This document shows, one piece after another, positions 8,905-16,192 of a stretch of DNA of 23,448 nucleotides. Numbering within the stretch: position 1 is the first letter of the stretch; every line of letters begins with the position of its first letter. Origin of the DNA: a virus (taxonomy: Duplodnaviria > Heunggongvirae > Uroviricota > Caudoviricetes); the IMG/VR virus record IMGVR_UViG_2541047941_000006. One strand, given 5' to 3'. The notes beneath the pieces were generated by a model. It was given only the letters and a program-made list of their open reading frames with translations, searched no databases and was not told where the DNA came from. Both the position numbers and the translations under genes were made by a program.

Positions 8905-9359
8905 TACGCCTCCTGCTTGTCGCGGAGCTGCTGGAACTCGCAGCTCTGCGGAATAGTCAGATGGCAACCAATATTCATCGCCCAGGCTTCAACCTTACAC
9001 AGGAAGACATACATCTCTCCGGTATCAAGATCGGAGGTATGGCGTAACGACTGGATAGTGGTGATATCACCGGTTACGACATCAACCAGGTCCTTGGTTT
9101 CATAACCGAGGTATGTGTGTTTGAGAGCATCTTTTACCCATGCTGAAGTAGCGAACGATTTCCCCCTGCTGATGAGGTATTCACTGATTTCGCTGTACCA
9201 CATGTGGCTGAGTGCATTCTGGGAAAGACTGCGTTTCTCACGCCACGGTTTAAGCACCATGCGAAAGCATTTGCCTTCCTCCAGATAAGGCTGGATCTGC
9301 TGGCCGATAGCGGTGAAGTTGCCGCGATGTAATTTGATGCCGTCTTGTGGGAGGTTCAC
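8904..9359 (-). CDS. ybcN: YbcN-like nin-region protein (DNA base-flipping protein family)
   Basis: 151-aa ORF ([57 protein letters not shown]...), GTG start with RBS GGAGGTG. Confidence 0.8.
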   Translation of the reverse strand: MNLPQDGIKLHRGNFTAIGQQIQPYLEEGKCFRMVLKPWREKRSLSQNALSHMWYSEISEYLISRGKSFATSAWVKDALKHTYLGYETKDLVDVVTGDITTIQSLRHTSDLDTGEMYVFLCKVEAWAMNIGCHLTIPQSCEFQQLRDKQEA

Positions 9360-9547
9360 GCTTCACCTCCGCAGAGGTCAAACGCTAGATGCAAAGAATT
9401 GCAGGTGCATTTCTGCATCAGTGAAGGGAGAAGAGAGTTTGGATTGTATGTGCGCATAAACGTCCCCGTTTAGCGCAGAAGTCACCGGAGTTGTTCAGGC
9501 TCCGAGGACATTATTATTGCTGGTTGATAATGGAAAATCAAAGCTTA

Positions 9548-9829
9548 CTAAGCTGAGGAGGATTTCTTGGGGTGATATTTACGGATTGCAGCATCAATAC
9601 GGACGCGGGATGGTAAGACATCGAATGCTATGTTGTAGTATTCACTATCAAACGCTTGATGTCTCACAACATTAAATTCTTTAAACTCAGTCACTTGGTA
9701 AACCACTGGTTCATTGGAATTGGTAGAACGCACTACCGATTTCGTTACCACGCTTATCTTATCAAGCCCTGCTTCATCGTTCTTTATATCGCCTTCATGA
9801 CCTAAACCAAAAACTAAGTAATCTTCCAC
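9548..9829 (-). CDS. Hypothetical protein (93 aa), low-GC insert in the nin region
   Basis: GTG start preceded by AGGAG (6-nt spacer); no family recognised; AT-rich; immediately downstream of the small exported protein. Confidence 0.5.
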   Translation of the reverse strand: MEDYLVFGLGHEGDIKNDEAGLDKISVVTKSVVRSTNSNEPVVYQVTEFKEFNVVRHQAFDSEYYNIAFDVLPSRVRIDAAIRKYHPKKSSSA

Positions 9830-9872
9830 GTTAAGCTCCTATAAGATTTTGTTATATGTCGTTTTTGGCCAA

Positions 9873-10121
9873 TTATTTCATTAAACTTTTTGAGACAAAT
9901 ACTTGTTCGCACTTTGCCATATATGGCTCTCTGCCTGATACTTCATGGTATAGAGCATGATTTAGCATAATGTTTTTCATGCTTTCTTCGCAGTCTTTCC
10001 TGCTATAAAAGACGTTTACCGGCTCTTTTGTGGTGTTGACATTCACTACTTCCACTGAACAACCTGACATATTGCTGAGGCTAGCACAGGTGCTCAAAAC
10101 CAGCACAAATAGTTCGTGCAT
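9873..10121 (-). CDS. Hypothetical small exported protein / possible lipoprotein (82 aa), low-GC insert
   Basis: ATG 10121 with strong RBS AAGGGAG (7-nt spacer); N-terminal signal-like segment MHELFVLVLSTCASLSNMSGC with a possible lipobox Cys; four Cys in total. Confidence 0.55.
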   Translation of the reverse strand: MHELFVLVLSTCASLSNMSGCSVEVVNVNTTKEPVNVFYSRKDCEESMKNIMLNHALYHEVSGREPYMAKCEQVFVSKSLMK

Positions 10122-10297
10122 AAAACGACTCCCTTATCTATGTGCTGGTTATATTGCCCAAATTCTAATAGAAATTACGACTATTTTTTAACGGCAGCAA
10201 CATCTTGTATTCCTAAACTTAGCAGAAGGCGGTGGGTAAAGACGGTACCATAGTGTCATTTCGATGGCCTCCTGTCGAAAACAATAGGCCTTCGATG

Positions 10298-10582
10298 CTA
10301 AGTTCTGTATACCGACAATACCCGTTTCATCGCGGCACTCTGGCGACACTCCTTAAAAATCATATTCGTGCTCACCTTTCCTTCCCGTTCTTCTCTGGTA
10401 GCGAACCGGTAATACACCGTTCGCCAGACCTTACCATCAACGACCAGGATTCCTGCCCGCGCCATTTTAGCCGCAGCCTGATTTATGCTGGCTACGGTTG
10501 CGCCTGTTACCGCGGCAACGTCCTGCGCACAGAAGTTCTTATGAGTCCCCAGGTAATGAATAATTGCCTCTTTGCCCGTCAT
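10298..10582 (-). CDS. ren: Ren (lambda ren-like)
   Basis: 94 aa MTGKEAIIHYLGTHKNFCAQDVAAVTGATVASINQAAAKMARAGILVVDGKVWRTVYYRFATREEREGK..., closely resembling lambda Ren; directly downstream of P. Confidence 0.8.
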   Translation of the reverse strand: MTGKEAIIHYLGTHKNFCAQDVAAVTGATVASINQAAAKMARAGILVVDGKVWRTVYYRFATREEREGKVSTNMIFKECRQSAAMKRVLSVYRT

Positions 10583-11280
10583 GCTCTTGCTCCTTTCAGC
10601 CCAAACTTAGCTTTGATTTCTGCGATCTTCGCCAGAGCCTGTGTACGATTTAGAGGTCTACCGCCCATGACAGGAAGTTGTTTTACTGGTTCAGGGATCG
10701 CCTCACCACGGTTAATTCTCGCAGTCATATGGACAAGCTCATCTGCGGCCTTACGGCGTAATTCCGCATCAGTAAGCGCATTGGCCCGCATGTTCTGATA
10801 CAGGTTGGTAACCAGCCAGTAGTGCGCGTTTGATTTCCACGGATAAGACTCCGCATCCGGATACAGGCCTCGCTTCCGGCAATACTCGTAAACCATATCA
10901 ACCAGCTCGCTGACGTTTGGCAGTCCGGCGATAACGGATGCTTCTTCCCGGCACCATGCAACAAACTGCCCGGGTGATGGCAGGAATGGTCGATTCTGCC
11001 GACGGGCTACGCGCATTCCTGCGTTAACCTGTTCCATTGTGGTGATCCCGTTTTCCCGGAAAGCCAGAACCCACTGGCGGCGGATTTCGTTCAGTTCGTT
11101 CTGATCCCGGTTAGCCAGGCTCGCCGGGAAAGTTGCCAGTAACTGGCTGAACACACCGTTGATGATCTGCGCTACCTGCTGTACCTGCGGCTTTTCGTCG
11201 TACTGTTCCGGCATGTTGTTGGCGATCCGACGCATCTGCTCACGGTCAAAGTTAACCATCTGTGCGGCGATGTTTTTCAT
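10579..11280 (-). CDS. P: Replication protein P (DnaB helicase loader), lambda type
   Basis: 233 aa MKNIAAQMVNFDREQMRRIANNMPEQYDEKPQVQQVAQIINGVFSQLL..., near-identical to recalled lambda P; ATGA overlaps with O and ren. Confidence 0.9.
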   Translation of the reverse strand: MKNIAAQMVNFDREQMRRIANNMPEQYDEKPQVQQVAQIINGVFSQLLATFPASLANRDQNELNEIRRQWVLAFRENGITTMEQVNAGMRVARRQNRPFLPSPGQFVAWCREEASVIAGLPNVSELVDMVYEYCRKRGLYPDAESYPWKSNAHYWLVTNLYQNMRANALTDAELRRKAADELVHMTARINRGEAIPEPVKQLPVMGGRPLNRTQALAKIAEIKAKFGLKGARA

Positions 11281-12206
11281 AAATCCACCCCGTAAATCCA
11301 GTCAGTGTTCGTCAGGTCGAGTTTTGGTTTGCCGGCTGTCACGCCAGCCTGTTGCTTGTTTCGGTTGATTTCGAGCTGGGTCCACTTGTCGCGGAGTTTG
11401 GCCGGACTCAGCACGTTACCGGACCAGAAGTTGTCCTGGCATGCCCAGCGGAACAGCACGCACATGTCGCGGTGGTTACGTCCGTCACGTTCACGCATCA
11501 GGCGGATATCGTTAGCCCACCCTGCAAAATTCGGTTTTCTGGCTGAGGGCGCGATGGTCTTCACCATGTCAAACATCCACTCTGCGGCGGTCAGGTCTTC
11601 TGCTGTCCCCCACTTGCTGCCGCTCTGAATTGCAGCATCTGGTTTCACCACAGGAAGATCGTTTTCTGGTTGGTCAGAGGATTCGCCAGAATTCTCGGAC
11701 GAAAAAGGTTTTATATTGTCTTTTGTTAGTTTGTCTTTTGTGTTTACCTGATTCGGGTAAACGCCTTTACCTGATTTGGGTAAACTTTTCTTACCTGATT
11801 CAGGTAAATTTACCTCTTTCAGGTAAACTTTATTTTTCTTACCTGATTCGGGTAATGTTGCCCATTCACTGACCACATTATTAATACCGATATTCCGCCC
11901 GCTCTGAATCAAAATCCCACGCTTTACCAGAACACTTTTTGCAGCAGAACACTTGTGCGGCAATATCCCGGTCAATTCGGACAGTTGCTCGTTGCTCACC
12001 CAATCCAGTTTTTTATTAAAGCCATATGTTTTGCGCATGACAGCCAGGAAGACCAGAAGCTGGTGCTGTGTTAATCCGGCCAGCATCACAGCTTCCAGCA
12101 ACTCATTTGCAATGCGCGTATAACCATCATCGAGATCTGCCACGCGCGGCTCCTTTTGTGCCGCATCCGGCACTGGAAAATTGAATATCTCAGCAGTGTT
12201 TGCCAT
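11277..12206 (-). CDS. O: Replication initiator O (lambdoid, non-lambda iteron specificity)
   Basis: Start reassigned to ATG 12206 (MANTAEIFNFPVPD...) with RBS GGGAGGAATT; N-terminal domain is O-like, the linker encodes the iterons (LPESGKK repeats), and the C-terminal domain matches lambda O, consistent with the lambda-type P. Confidence 0.85.
   Translation of the reverse strand: MANTAEIFNFPVPDAAQKEPRVADLDDGYTRIANELLEAVMLAGLTQHQLLVFLAVMRKTYGFNKKLDWVSNEQLSELTGILPHKCSAAKSVLVKRGILIQSGRNIGINNVVSEWATLPESGKKNKVYLKEVNLPESGKKSLPKSGKGVYPNQVNTKDKLTKDNIKPFSSENSGESSDQPENDLPVVKPDAAIQSGSKWGTAEDLTAAEWMFDMVKTIAPSARKPNFAGWANDIRLMRERDGRNHRDMCVLFRWACQDNFWSGNVLSPAKLRDKWTQLEINRNKQQAGVTAGKPKLDLTNTDWIYGVDL
11744..11855. 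repeat. Origin of replication: five 17-bp palindromic iterons inside the O gene
   Basis: TTACCTGATTCGGGTAA at 11744, 11767, 11791, 11810 (variant TTACCTCTTTCAGGTAA) and 11839; flanked at about 11700-11742 by an AT-rich stretch (GTTTTATATTGTCTTTTGTTAGTTTGTCTTTTG). Confidence 0.8.
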
Positions 12207-12292
12207 AATTCCTCCCGCAATGAGTGTGTTACGATTTGCACCTGAAAGTCGGTTCTGTTCCCGCAGACCGACTTTCGCCATTTCTGAACCTG

Positions 12293-12832
12293 TCATATTG
12301 CCCCCAGCATGGTGGTCACCATCGCCATTAATGGACCAGCCAGATCCGGGTCCACACGAAACATCGACACAATACCTTCACTCATTTCCTTCAGTTTCTG
12401 GTGGCGTGGTGCGTTGAGAATGACAGCCTGTTTTGCCTCACTGAGTTCCTTTTCCATTTCAGCCAACCGAGTCATGAAGCTATCCTGCTCAACCAGGTAA
12501 CCGCGATATTCCAGCGGTAGTACCGCCAGAATTGCCGGGGTCAGTTCACGCACGTTATTTCGGTATTTTTCAGAATCGAATTTGTTATCGAGGAAGCGGA
12601 ACAGCTTCTGGCGTGCACGACTGACATCATCAGGGAAATCGATGGTGCCGCCGCCCTGCTCCCGATACTCATTCACAATGAGTGCGGCAACAACATCCTG
12701 ATTATCTGCAGCCGACCAGGCGCGAACGGCATCACGGATTTTTTCGTGGCCTGCCGCCTGTTTTGTTTGAGAACGATTTATCAGCGCAGCCGGGGTAATT
12801 CCGCTAGTCTGTTGGTATGTAATTGGTTGCAT
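12293..12832 (-). CDS. YdaT-like protein in the cII position
   Basis: 179-aa ORF directly downstream of cro with RBS AAGGA; roughly twice the size of lambda CII; tentatively the YdaT family that accompanies YdaS/Cro-like genes in Rac-type immunity regions. Confidence 0.55.
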   Translation of the reverse strand: MQPITYQQTSGITPAALINRSQTKQAAGHEKIRDAVRAWSAADNQDVVAALIVNEYREQGGGTIDFPDDVSRARQKLFRFLDNKFDSEKYRNNVRELTPAILAVLPLEYRGYLVEQDSFMTRLAEMEKELSEAKQAVILNAPRHQKLKEMSEGIVSMFRVDPDLAGPLMAMVTTMLGAI

Positions 12833-12892
12833 AATTAATTCCTTTAGTTTGAATTGACTGTTAATCAGTCTGTTAAGTTGATTGCTTATTGT

Positions 12893-12901
12893 TAAAGAGC
12901 G
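12893..12901 (-). promoter_or_regulatory. boxA-like element (candidate nutR) between cro and the YdaT-like gene
   Basis: Minus-strand CGCTCTTTA matches the boxA consensus; a small hairpin GACUG-AUUAA-CAGUC lies 22 nt downstream (12856-12870) as a possible boxB. Confidence 0.35.
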
Positions 12902-12913
12902 TGAAATGGAAAT

Positions 12914-13144
12914 TTAAGCTGCGTTCTTTTCGGTGTGTGGAAACAACTTCGGAAGGTCCGGGCGAATCTGGTATGCCTTCACAACTCCACCAGTAGCCGT
13001 AACAATGCTGCCGACATGTTCAGGGGATACCTTTGCTTTGTTGTGAAGCCACTTATAGACGGCCTGCTGTGAAACTTCGCAGGCATCGCCCAGTTTCTTT
13101 TGTGAACCAACGATATTGATCGCTGTTTTGATTGCTGGGTTCAT
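12914..13144 (-). CDS. cro: Cro-like repressor (YdaS/Cro family HTH)
   Basis: 76-aa ORF divergent from cI with RBS GGAGG; HTH segment QKKLGDACEVSQQAVYKWL. Confidence 0.8.
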   Translation of the reverse strand: MNPAIKTAINIVGSQKKLGDACEVSQQAVYKWLHNKAKVSPEHVGSIVTATGGVVKAYQIRPDLPKLFPHTEKNAA

Positions 13145-13158
13145 AACAACCTCCGTGG

Positions 13159-13207
13159 TTAATCTGAATCAAGATTAAAACTATGGTTGTTTTTAGTCAA
13201 CAACCAT
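13159..13207. promoter_or_regulatory. OR operator region with two palindromes, overlapping the PR promoter for cro
   Basis: Perfect palindromes ATGGTTGTT-N7-AACAACCAT (13183-13207) and TTAATCT-N6-AGATTAA (13159-13178); minus-strand -35 TTGACT (13195-13200) and -10 TAATCT (13172-13177) ahead of cro. Confidence 0.5.
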
Positions 13208-13213
13208 TTTCGT

Positions 13214-13242
13214 TTGATGTAATAAAACCCTGGTTGTACATT
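13214..13242 (+). promoter_or_regulatory. Putative PRM promoter giving a leaderless cI transcript
   Basis: -35 TTGATG (13214-13219), 17-bp spacer, -10 TACATT (13237-13242), then 6 nt to the cI ATG at 13249; no SD sequence. Confidence 0.4.
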
Positions 13243-13248
13243 TGGTCT

Positions 13249-13938
13249 ATGAAAACAACACTCTCAGAAAGACTTAAAGAAGCCAGATTAGCGCGAGGCC
13301 TTACACAAAAGGCGCTTGGGGATTTGGTCGGGGTTAGCCAAGCTGCTATTCAGAAAATCGAAACAGGGAAAGCTAACCAAACAACTAAAATCGTGGAGAT
13401 CGCGAACGCTTTGGGTGTGCGCGCAGAATGGTTATCTTCTGGCGTTGGAAATATGTCAGACAGTACAGTGCAACCAATACAATCAACTGTCAGCCATTCC
13501 AAATACTTTAAGATTGACGTTCTTGATATAGAAGTGAGTGCCGGGCCGGGAGTCATCAACCGTGAGTTTGTAGAAGTTCTACGCTCGGTTGAGTACTCGT
13601 TTGACGATGCTCGTCACATGTTCGATGGTAGGAAGGCAGAAAATATCCGCATCATTAACGTGCGTGGTGACAGCATGTCAGGAACGATCGAACCAGGTGA
13701 TCTGCTGTTCGTTGATATCACGGTTAAATCTTTCGACGGTGATGGTATCTATGCGTTTCTGTATGACGACACAGCCCATGTAAAGCGCCTGCAAATGATG
13801 AAGGATAAGCTGCTGGTTATCTCTGATAACAAAAGCTACTCACCGTGGGACCCGATCGAGAAAGATGAGATGAACCGGGTATTTATCTTCGGGAAAGTTA
13901 TTGGGAGCATGCCGCAGACGTATAGGAAGCATGGATAG
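13249..13938 (+). CDS. cI: CI-type prophage repressor (HTH plus S24 LexA-like autopeptidase domain)
   Basis: 229 aa from ATG 13249 (track ORF starts upstream at 13183); N-terminal HTH (LTQKALGDLVGVSQAAIQKIETGK); C-terminal peptidase motifs (VRGDSMSGTIEPGDLLFVD ... HVKRLQ). Confidence 0.85.
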   Translation: MKTTLSERLKEARLARGLTQKALGDLVGVSQAAIQKIETGKANQTTKIVEIANALGVRAEWLSSGVGNMSDSTVQPIQSTVSHSKYFKIDVLDIEVSAGPGVINREFVEVLRSVEYSFDDARHMFDGRKAENIRIINVRGDSMSGTIEPGDLLFVDITVKSFDGDGIYAFLYDDTAHVKRLQMMKDKLLVISDNKSYSPWDPIEKDEMNRVFIFGKVIGSMPQTYRKHG

Positions 13939-14006
13939 TACCAATTAAAAATTATCAACCGGGCATTGTGCTCATTCAGTAAAACAACTTAATTATTCAT
14001 TTTAGA

Positions 14007-15080
14007 ATGGAGAACTTAATGGATACTTTAAAATATGAGAAATTCTCTGATTTTGATCACAATGACCCATTTTTTGACTCTTTAAAAAAAGATTATAAAG
14101 AGTTTCCTCTTTGGTTAGAAAAAAAAGCCAGAGAAGGAGAATCAGCTTATGTGCTCTATGATGACAAGCATAAAATCGAAGGTTTTATGTATCTAAAAGA
14201 AAATGATGATGCAAATGACATTAATCCAGCGCTCCCACCAGGACGTCATCTAAAGATAGGAACATTCAAATTTGAATCTAAAGGCACCCTTCGCGGACAA
14301 CGATTTCTAAAAAAAGCGTTTGACCATGCATTTTCATCAAAATCTGATGATATTTATGTTACTGTTTTCGACAAACACGTCCATCTAATAAAACTTTTCC
14401 AAACGTACGGATTTTACATTCATGGTGAAAAAGAAACACATAACGGGAAAGAGTTTGTATATGCGAGGTCTTTGCATGAGCCTTATGGTGATATTTTATT
14501 AGATTACCCTCGAATAATGACATCAAGGGCCAACAAATATTTACTGGCGATTTATCCCGAATATCACACTAGACTATTCCCTGATTCAAAACTTGTAAAT
14601 GAATCACCAGATATTGTCAAAGATATATCCCATGCTAACAGCATTCATAAAATTTACATATGTGGAATGCGTTCTGTGATGGGAATGAAAAGAGGAGATA
14701 TCATTGTCATCTATAGAACCGGAGACAAAAAAGGGCCAGCTCGCTATCGTTCTGTAGCCAGTACATTATGTGTAGTTGAGAGCGTAAAAAATATTTCTGA
14801 ATTTTTAAGCGAAGATAGTTTTGTAGACTATTGTATTCGTTTTAGCGTATTTTCTGAAGATGAACTCAGAAAAATCTATAAAGAACGTCGATACCCTTTC
14901 ATTATAAGATTCACATACAATCTGTCTTTGCCAAAGAGACCCAATCGTGCTATTTTAATAGATCATGTGGGGCTAAATGGTTCGCGTGCATTCCGATGGA
15001 GTCACTTTAAACTCACAAATGAGCAGTTCTTAAAGATCATCGAGTTAGGCAAGATAAATGAAAGTTTTATTATCCATTAA
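14007..15080 (+). CDS. Hypothetical 357-aa protein: N-terminal GNAT-like acyltransferase region fused to a C-terminal PUA-like region (candidate exclusion/defence effector)
   Basis: Long AT-rich ORF directly downstream of cI (rexA position); GNAT-like motifs by eye (GTLRGQRFLKKAFDHAF; LFQTYGFYIHGE); C-terminal segment with PUA/ASCH-like strands (LLAIYPEYHTRLF; KRGDIIVIYRTGD). More likely start is ATG 14019 (GGAG 6 nt upstream). Domain calls are unverified. Confidence 0.7.
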   Translation: MENLMDTLKYEKFSDFDHNDPFFDSLKKDYKEFPLWLEKKAREGESAYVLYDDKHKIEGFMYLKENDDANDINPALPPGRHLKIGTFKFESKGTLRGQRFLKKAFDHAFSSKSDDIYVTVFDKHVHLIKLFQTYGFYIHGEKETHNGKEFVYARSLHEPYGDILLDYPRIMTSRANKYLLAIYPEYHTRLFPDSKLVNESPDIVKDISHANSIHKIYICGMRSVMGMKRGDIIVIYRTGDKKGPARYRSVASTLCVVESVKNISEFLSEDSFVDYCIRFSVFSEDELRKIYKERRYPFIIRFTYNLSLPKRPNRAILIDHVGLNGSRAFRWSHFKLTNEQFLKIIELGKINESFIIH

Positions 15081-15435
15081 GCCTGAGTTTGCAGAAAAAA
15101 TATTGAACGGAACAAAGCGGTTCGAGTTTCGTAAAGGTATATTCAAAAATCCGCAAATTAGCACCGTTGTTATTTATGCCACGATGCCATTAGGTAAAGT
15201 TGTTGGTCAATTCCGTATTGAATCAATACTAAGTGACGAACCGGAATCTCTTTGGAAAAAGACGGAAAAACACGCAGGTATTTCTAAGCAATTTTATGAC
15301 TCATATTATTCAGGTAGAGAAAAGGCCTACGCAATAAAAATTGGTGAAGTGGAAAGATATAAAGAACCAATTCCTATCTCTGCTCTAGGGAGTAATATTA
15401 AGCCACCACAATCATATCTTTACCTACCTGCGTAA
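15058..15435 (+). CDS. ASCH-domain (PUA-like) protein, 125 aa, translationally coupled to the upstream gene
   Basis: N-terminus MKVLLSIKPEFAEKILNGTKRFEFRK matches the ASCH beta1/GxKxxExR signature; start overlaps the upstream gene by 23 nt; AT-rich. Confidence 0.7.
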   Translation: MKVLLSIKPEFAEKILNGTKRFEFRKGIFKNPQISTVVIYATMPLGKVVGQFRIESILSDEPESLWKKTEKHAGISKQFYDSYYSGREKAYAIKIGEVERYKEPIPISALGSNIKPPQSYLYLPA

Positions 15436-15439
15436 GAAT

Positions 15440-15466
15440 CCCGGCCACCGTGCCGGGTTTTCTTTT
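15440..15466 (+). terminator. Intrinsic terminator closing the cI-cassette operon
   Basis: CCCGGC-caccgt-GCCGGG hairpin followed by TTTTCTTTTG, 5 nt after the ASCH gene stop. Confidence 0.6.
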
Positions 15467-15590
15467 GTCCCCTCATCACACAAACCGTTCAAATAACCAC
15501 CACGACATCCCTTCAGTTATCGCTATGCGATGCAAGTCACAAAATAAATCCATCCTAAATACAACCAGTTATATCTAAAACAACCAGTAA

Positions 15591-15633
15591 AACAACTTTT
15601 GTTGTTGACGATAAAACAACTATAGTTTTAAAT
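15591..15633 (+). promoter_or_regulatory. OL operator / PL promoter region
   Basis: Palindrome AACAAC-TTTT-GTTGTT (15591-15606) shares the AACAAC half-site with OR; -35 TTGACG (15605-15610), 17-bp spacer, -10 TTAAAT (15628-15633); more AACAAC repeats at 15561-15620. Confidence 0.45.
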
Positions 15634-15739
15634 AAATTCATCGCAACAACACAACGATACGGCAACCACCTGATTCACCGTTGCGATGACCGCTTAGATC
15701 CGCAGCTTGAATTTCAGCAGGCTCCGGGGAGTGCGAGGG

Positions 15740-16117
15740 GTGAAGCGGACGCGTGAACGTCGGTGTGACCAGCTGAAATCAACTCAACACTTCATACCTC
15801 AGTCGCTTCAACGAGGCGGCTTAGTTATGACAACCGGCGGCCATCCACCGCCTGAATACGCGCAGAAGTCTATATATGTTCAGCAGCCCAGCTTACGGGC
15901 AGGAGTTTTTATGGTTCATCAACATTACGGAACGCAGACCGTTAATCGCGGTGCGGTCATGCCAGGAATGCTGGTCAAACACAAAGATGGTACCTGGACT
16001 GCATCAGCTAATTTACGCGGACGACTTTATCTGCATCGCGGCATTGAGCGCACTTATACCCGTGACTTGCTCGTGGAAGTTTTTCTCGACGGACGCGGCA
16101 ACGGTCTGAATCACTAA
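15740..16117 (+). CDS. Possible N-like antiterminator (arginine-rich motif), start uncertain
   Basis: ORF in the first position of the PL operon; in-frame GTG at 15740 preceded by GGGGAG gives an N-terminus MKRTRERRCDQLKS resembling the lambda N arginine-rich motif; rest is basic and low-complexity. The first in-frame ATG with a strong RBS is at 15908, which would give a 69-aa protein instead. Confidence 0.35.
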   Translation: MKRTRERRCDQLKSTQHFIPQSLQRGGLVMTTGGHPPPEYAQKSIYVQQPSLRAGVFMVHQHYGTQTVNRGAVMPGMLVKHKDGTWTASANLRGRLYLHRGIERTYTRDLLVEVFLDGRGNGLNH

Positions 16118-16192
16118 TCCCCTTTCCTGTTTTCCGAATCAGCCTGGCATTCCGCGGGCGATTTTTTCACAGCCATTTTCAGGAGTTCAGCC

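Noticed and set aside
7937-9105. Plus-strand ORFs 7937-8404, 8440-9105, 8522-8743 and 8544-8882
   Set aside because: Antisense to rusA, ybcO, ninE and ybcN, which have strong RBSs and recognisable products; Cys/Arg/Ser-rich translations typical of reverse-strand artefacts.
10232-11628. Plus-strand ORFs 10232-10798, 11159-11368, 11305-11628 and 11352-11546, and minus-strand ORF 10725-10964
   Set aside because: Overlap ren, P and O in other frames or antisense; the replication genes are strongly supported.
11744-11855. Regularly spaced direct repeats that could look like a CRISPR array or tandem-repeat locus
   Set aside because: Only five imperfect 17-bp palindromic copies with 19-29 bp spacing, inside the O coding region next to an AT-rich stretch; this is the ori iteron architecture, and no cas genes or leader are present.
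11630-11872. 80-aa plus-strand ORF overlapping the iteron region
   Set aside because: Antisense to the O gene and made of repeat-derived low-complexity sequence (LPDSGKRLYL...LPLSGKLYF); an artefact of the iterons.
12293-13144. cro plus YdaT-like gene as a YdaS/YdaT-type toxin-antitoxin pair
   Set aside because: The genes occupy the cro and cII positions of the immunity switch with divergent PR/PRM and operators; the regulatory interpretation is favoured and I cannot support a TA call from sequence alone.
15707-15739. TTG start at 15707 for the N-like ORF (as in the ORF track)
   Set aside because: No RBS; the in-frame GTG at 15740 has GGGGAG upstream and places the arginine-rich motif at the N-terminus. 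Still uncertain.
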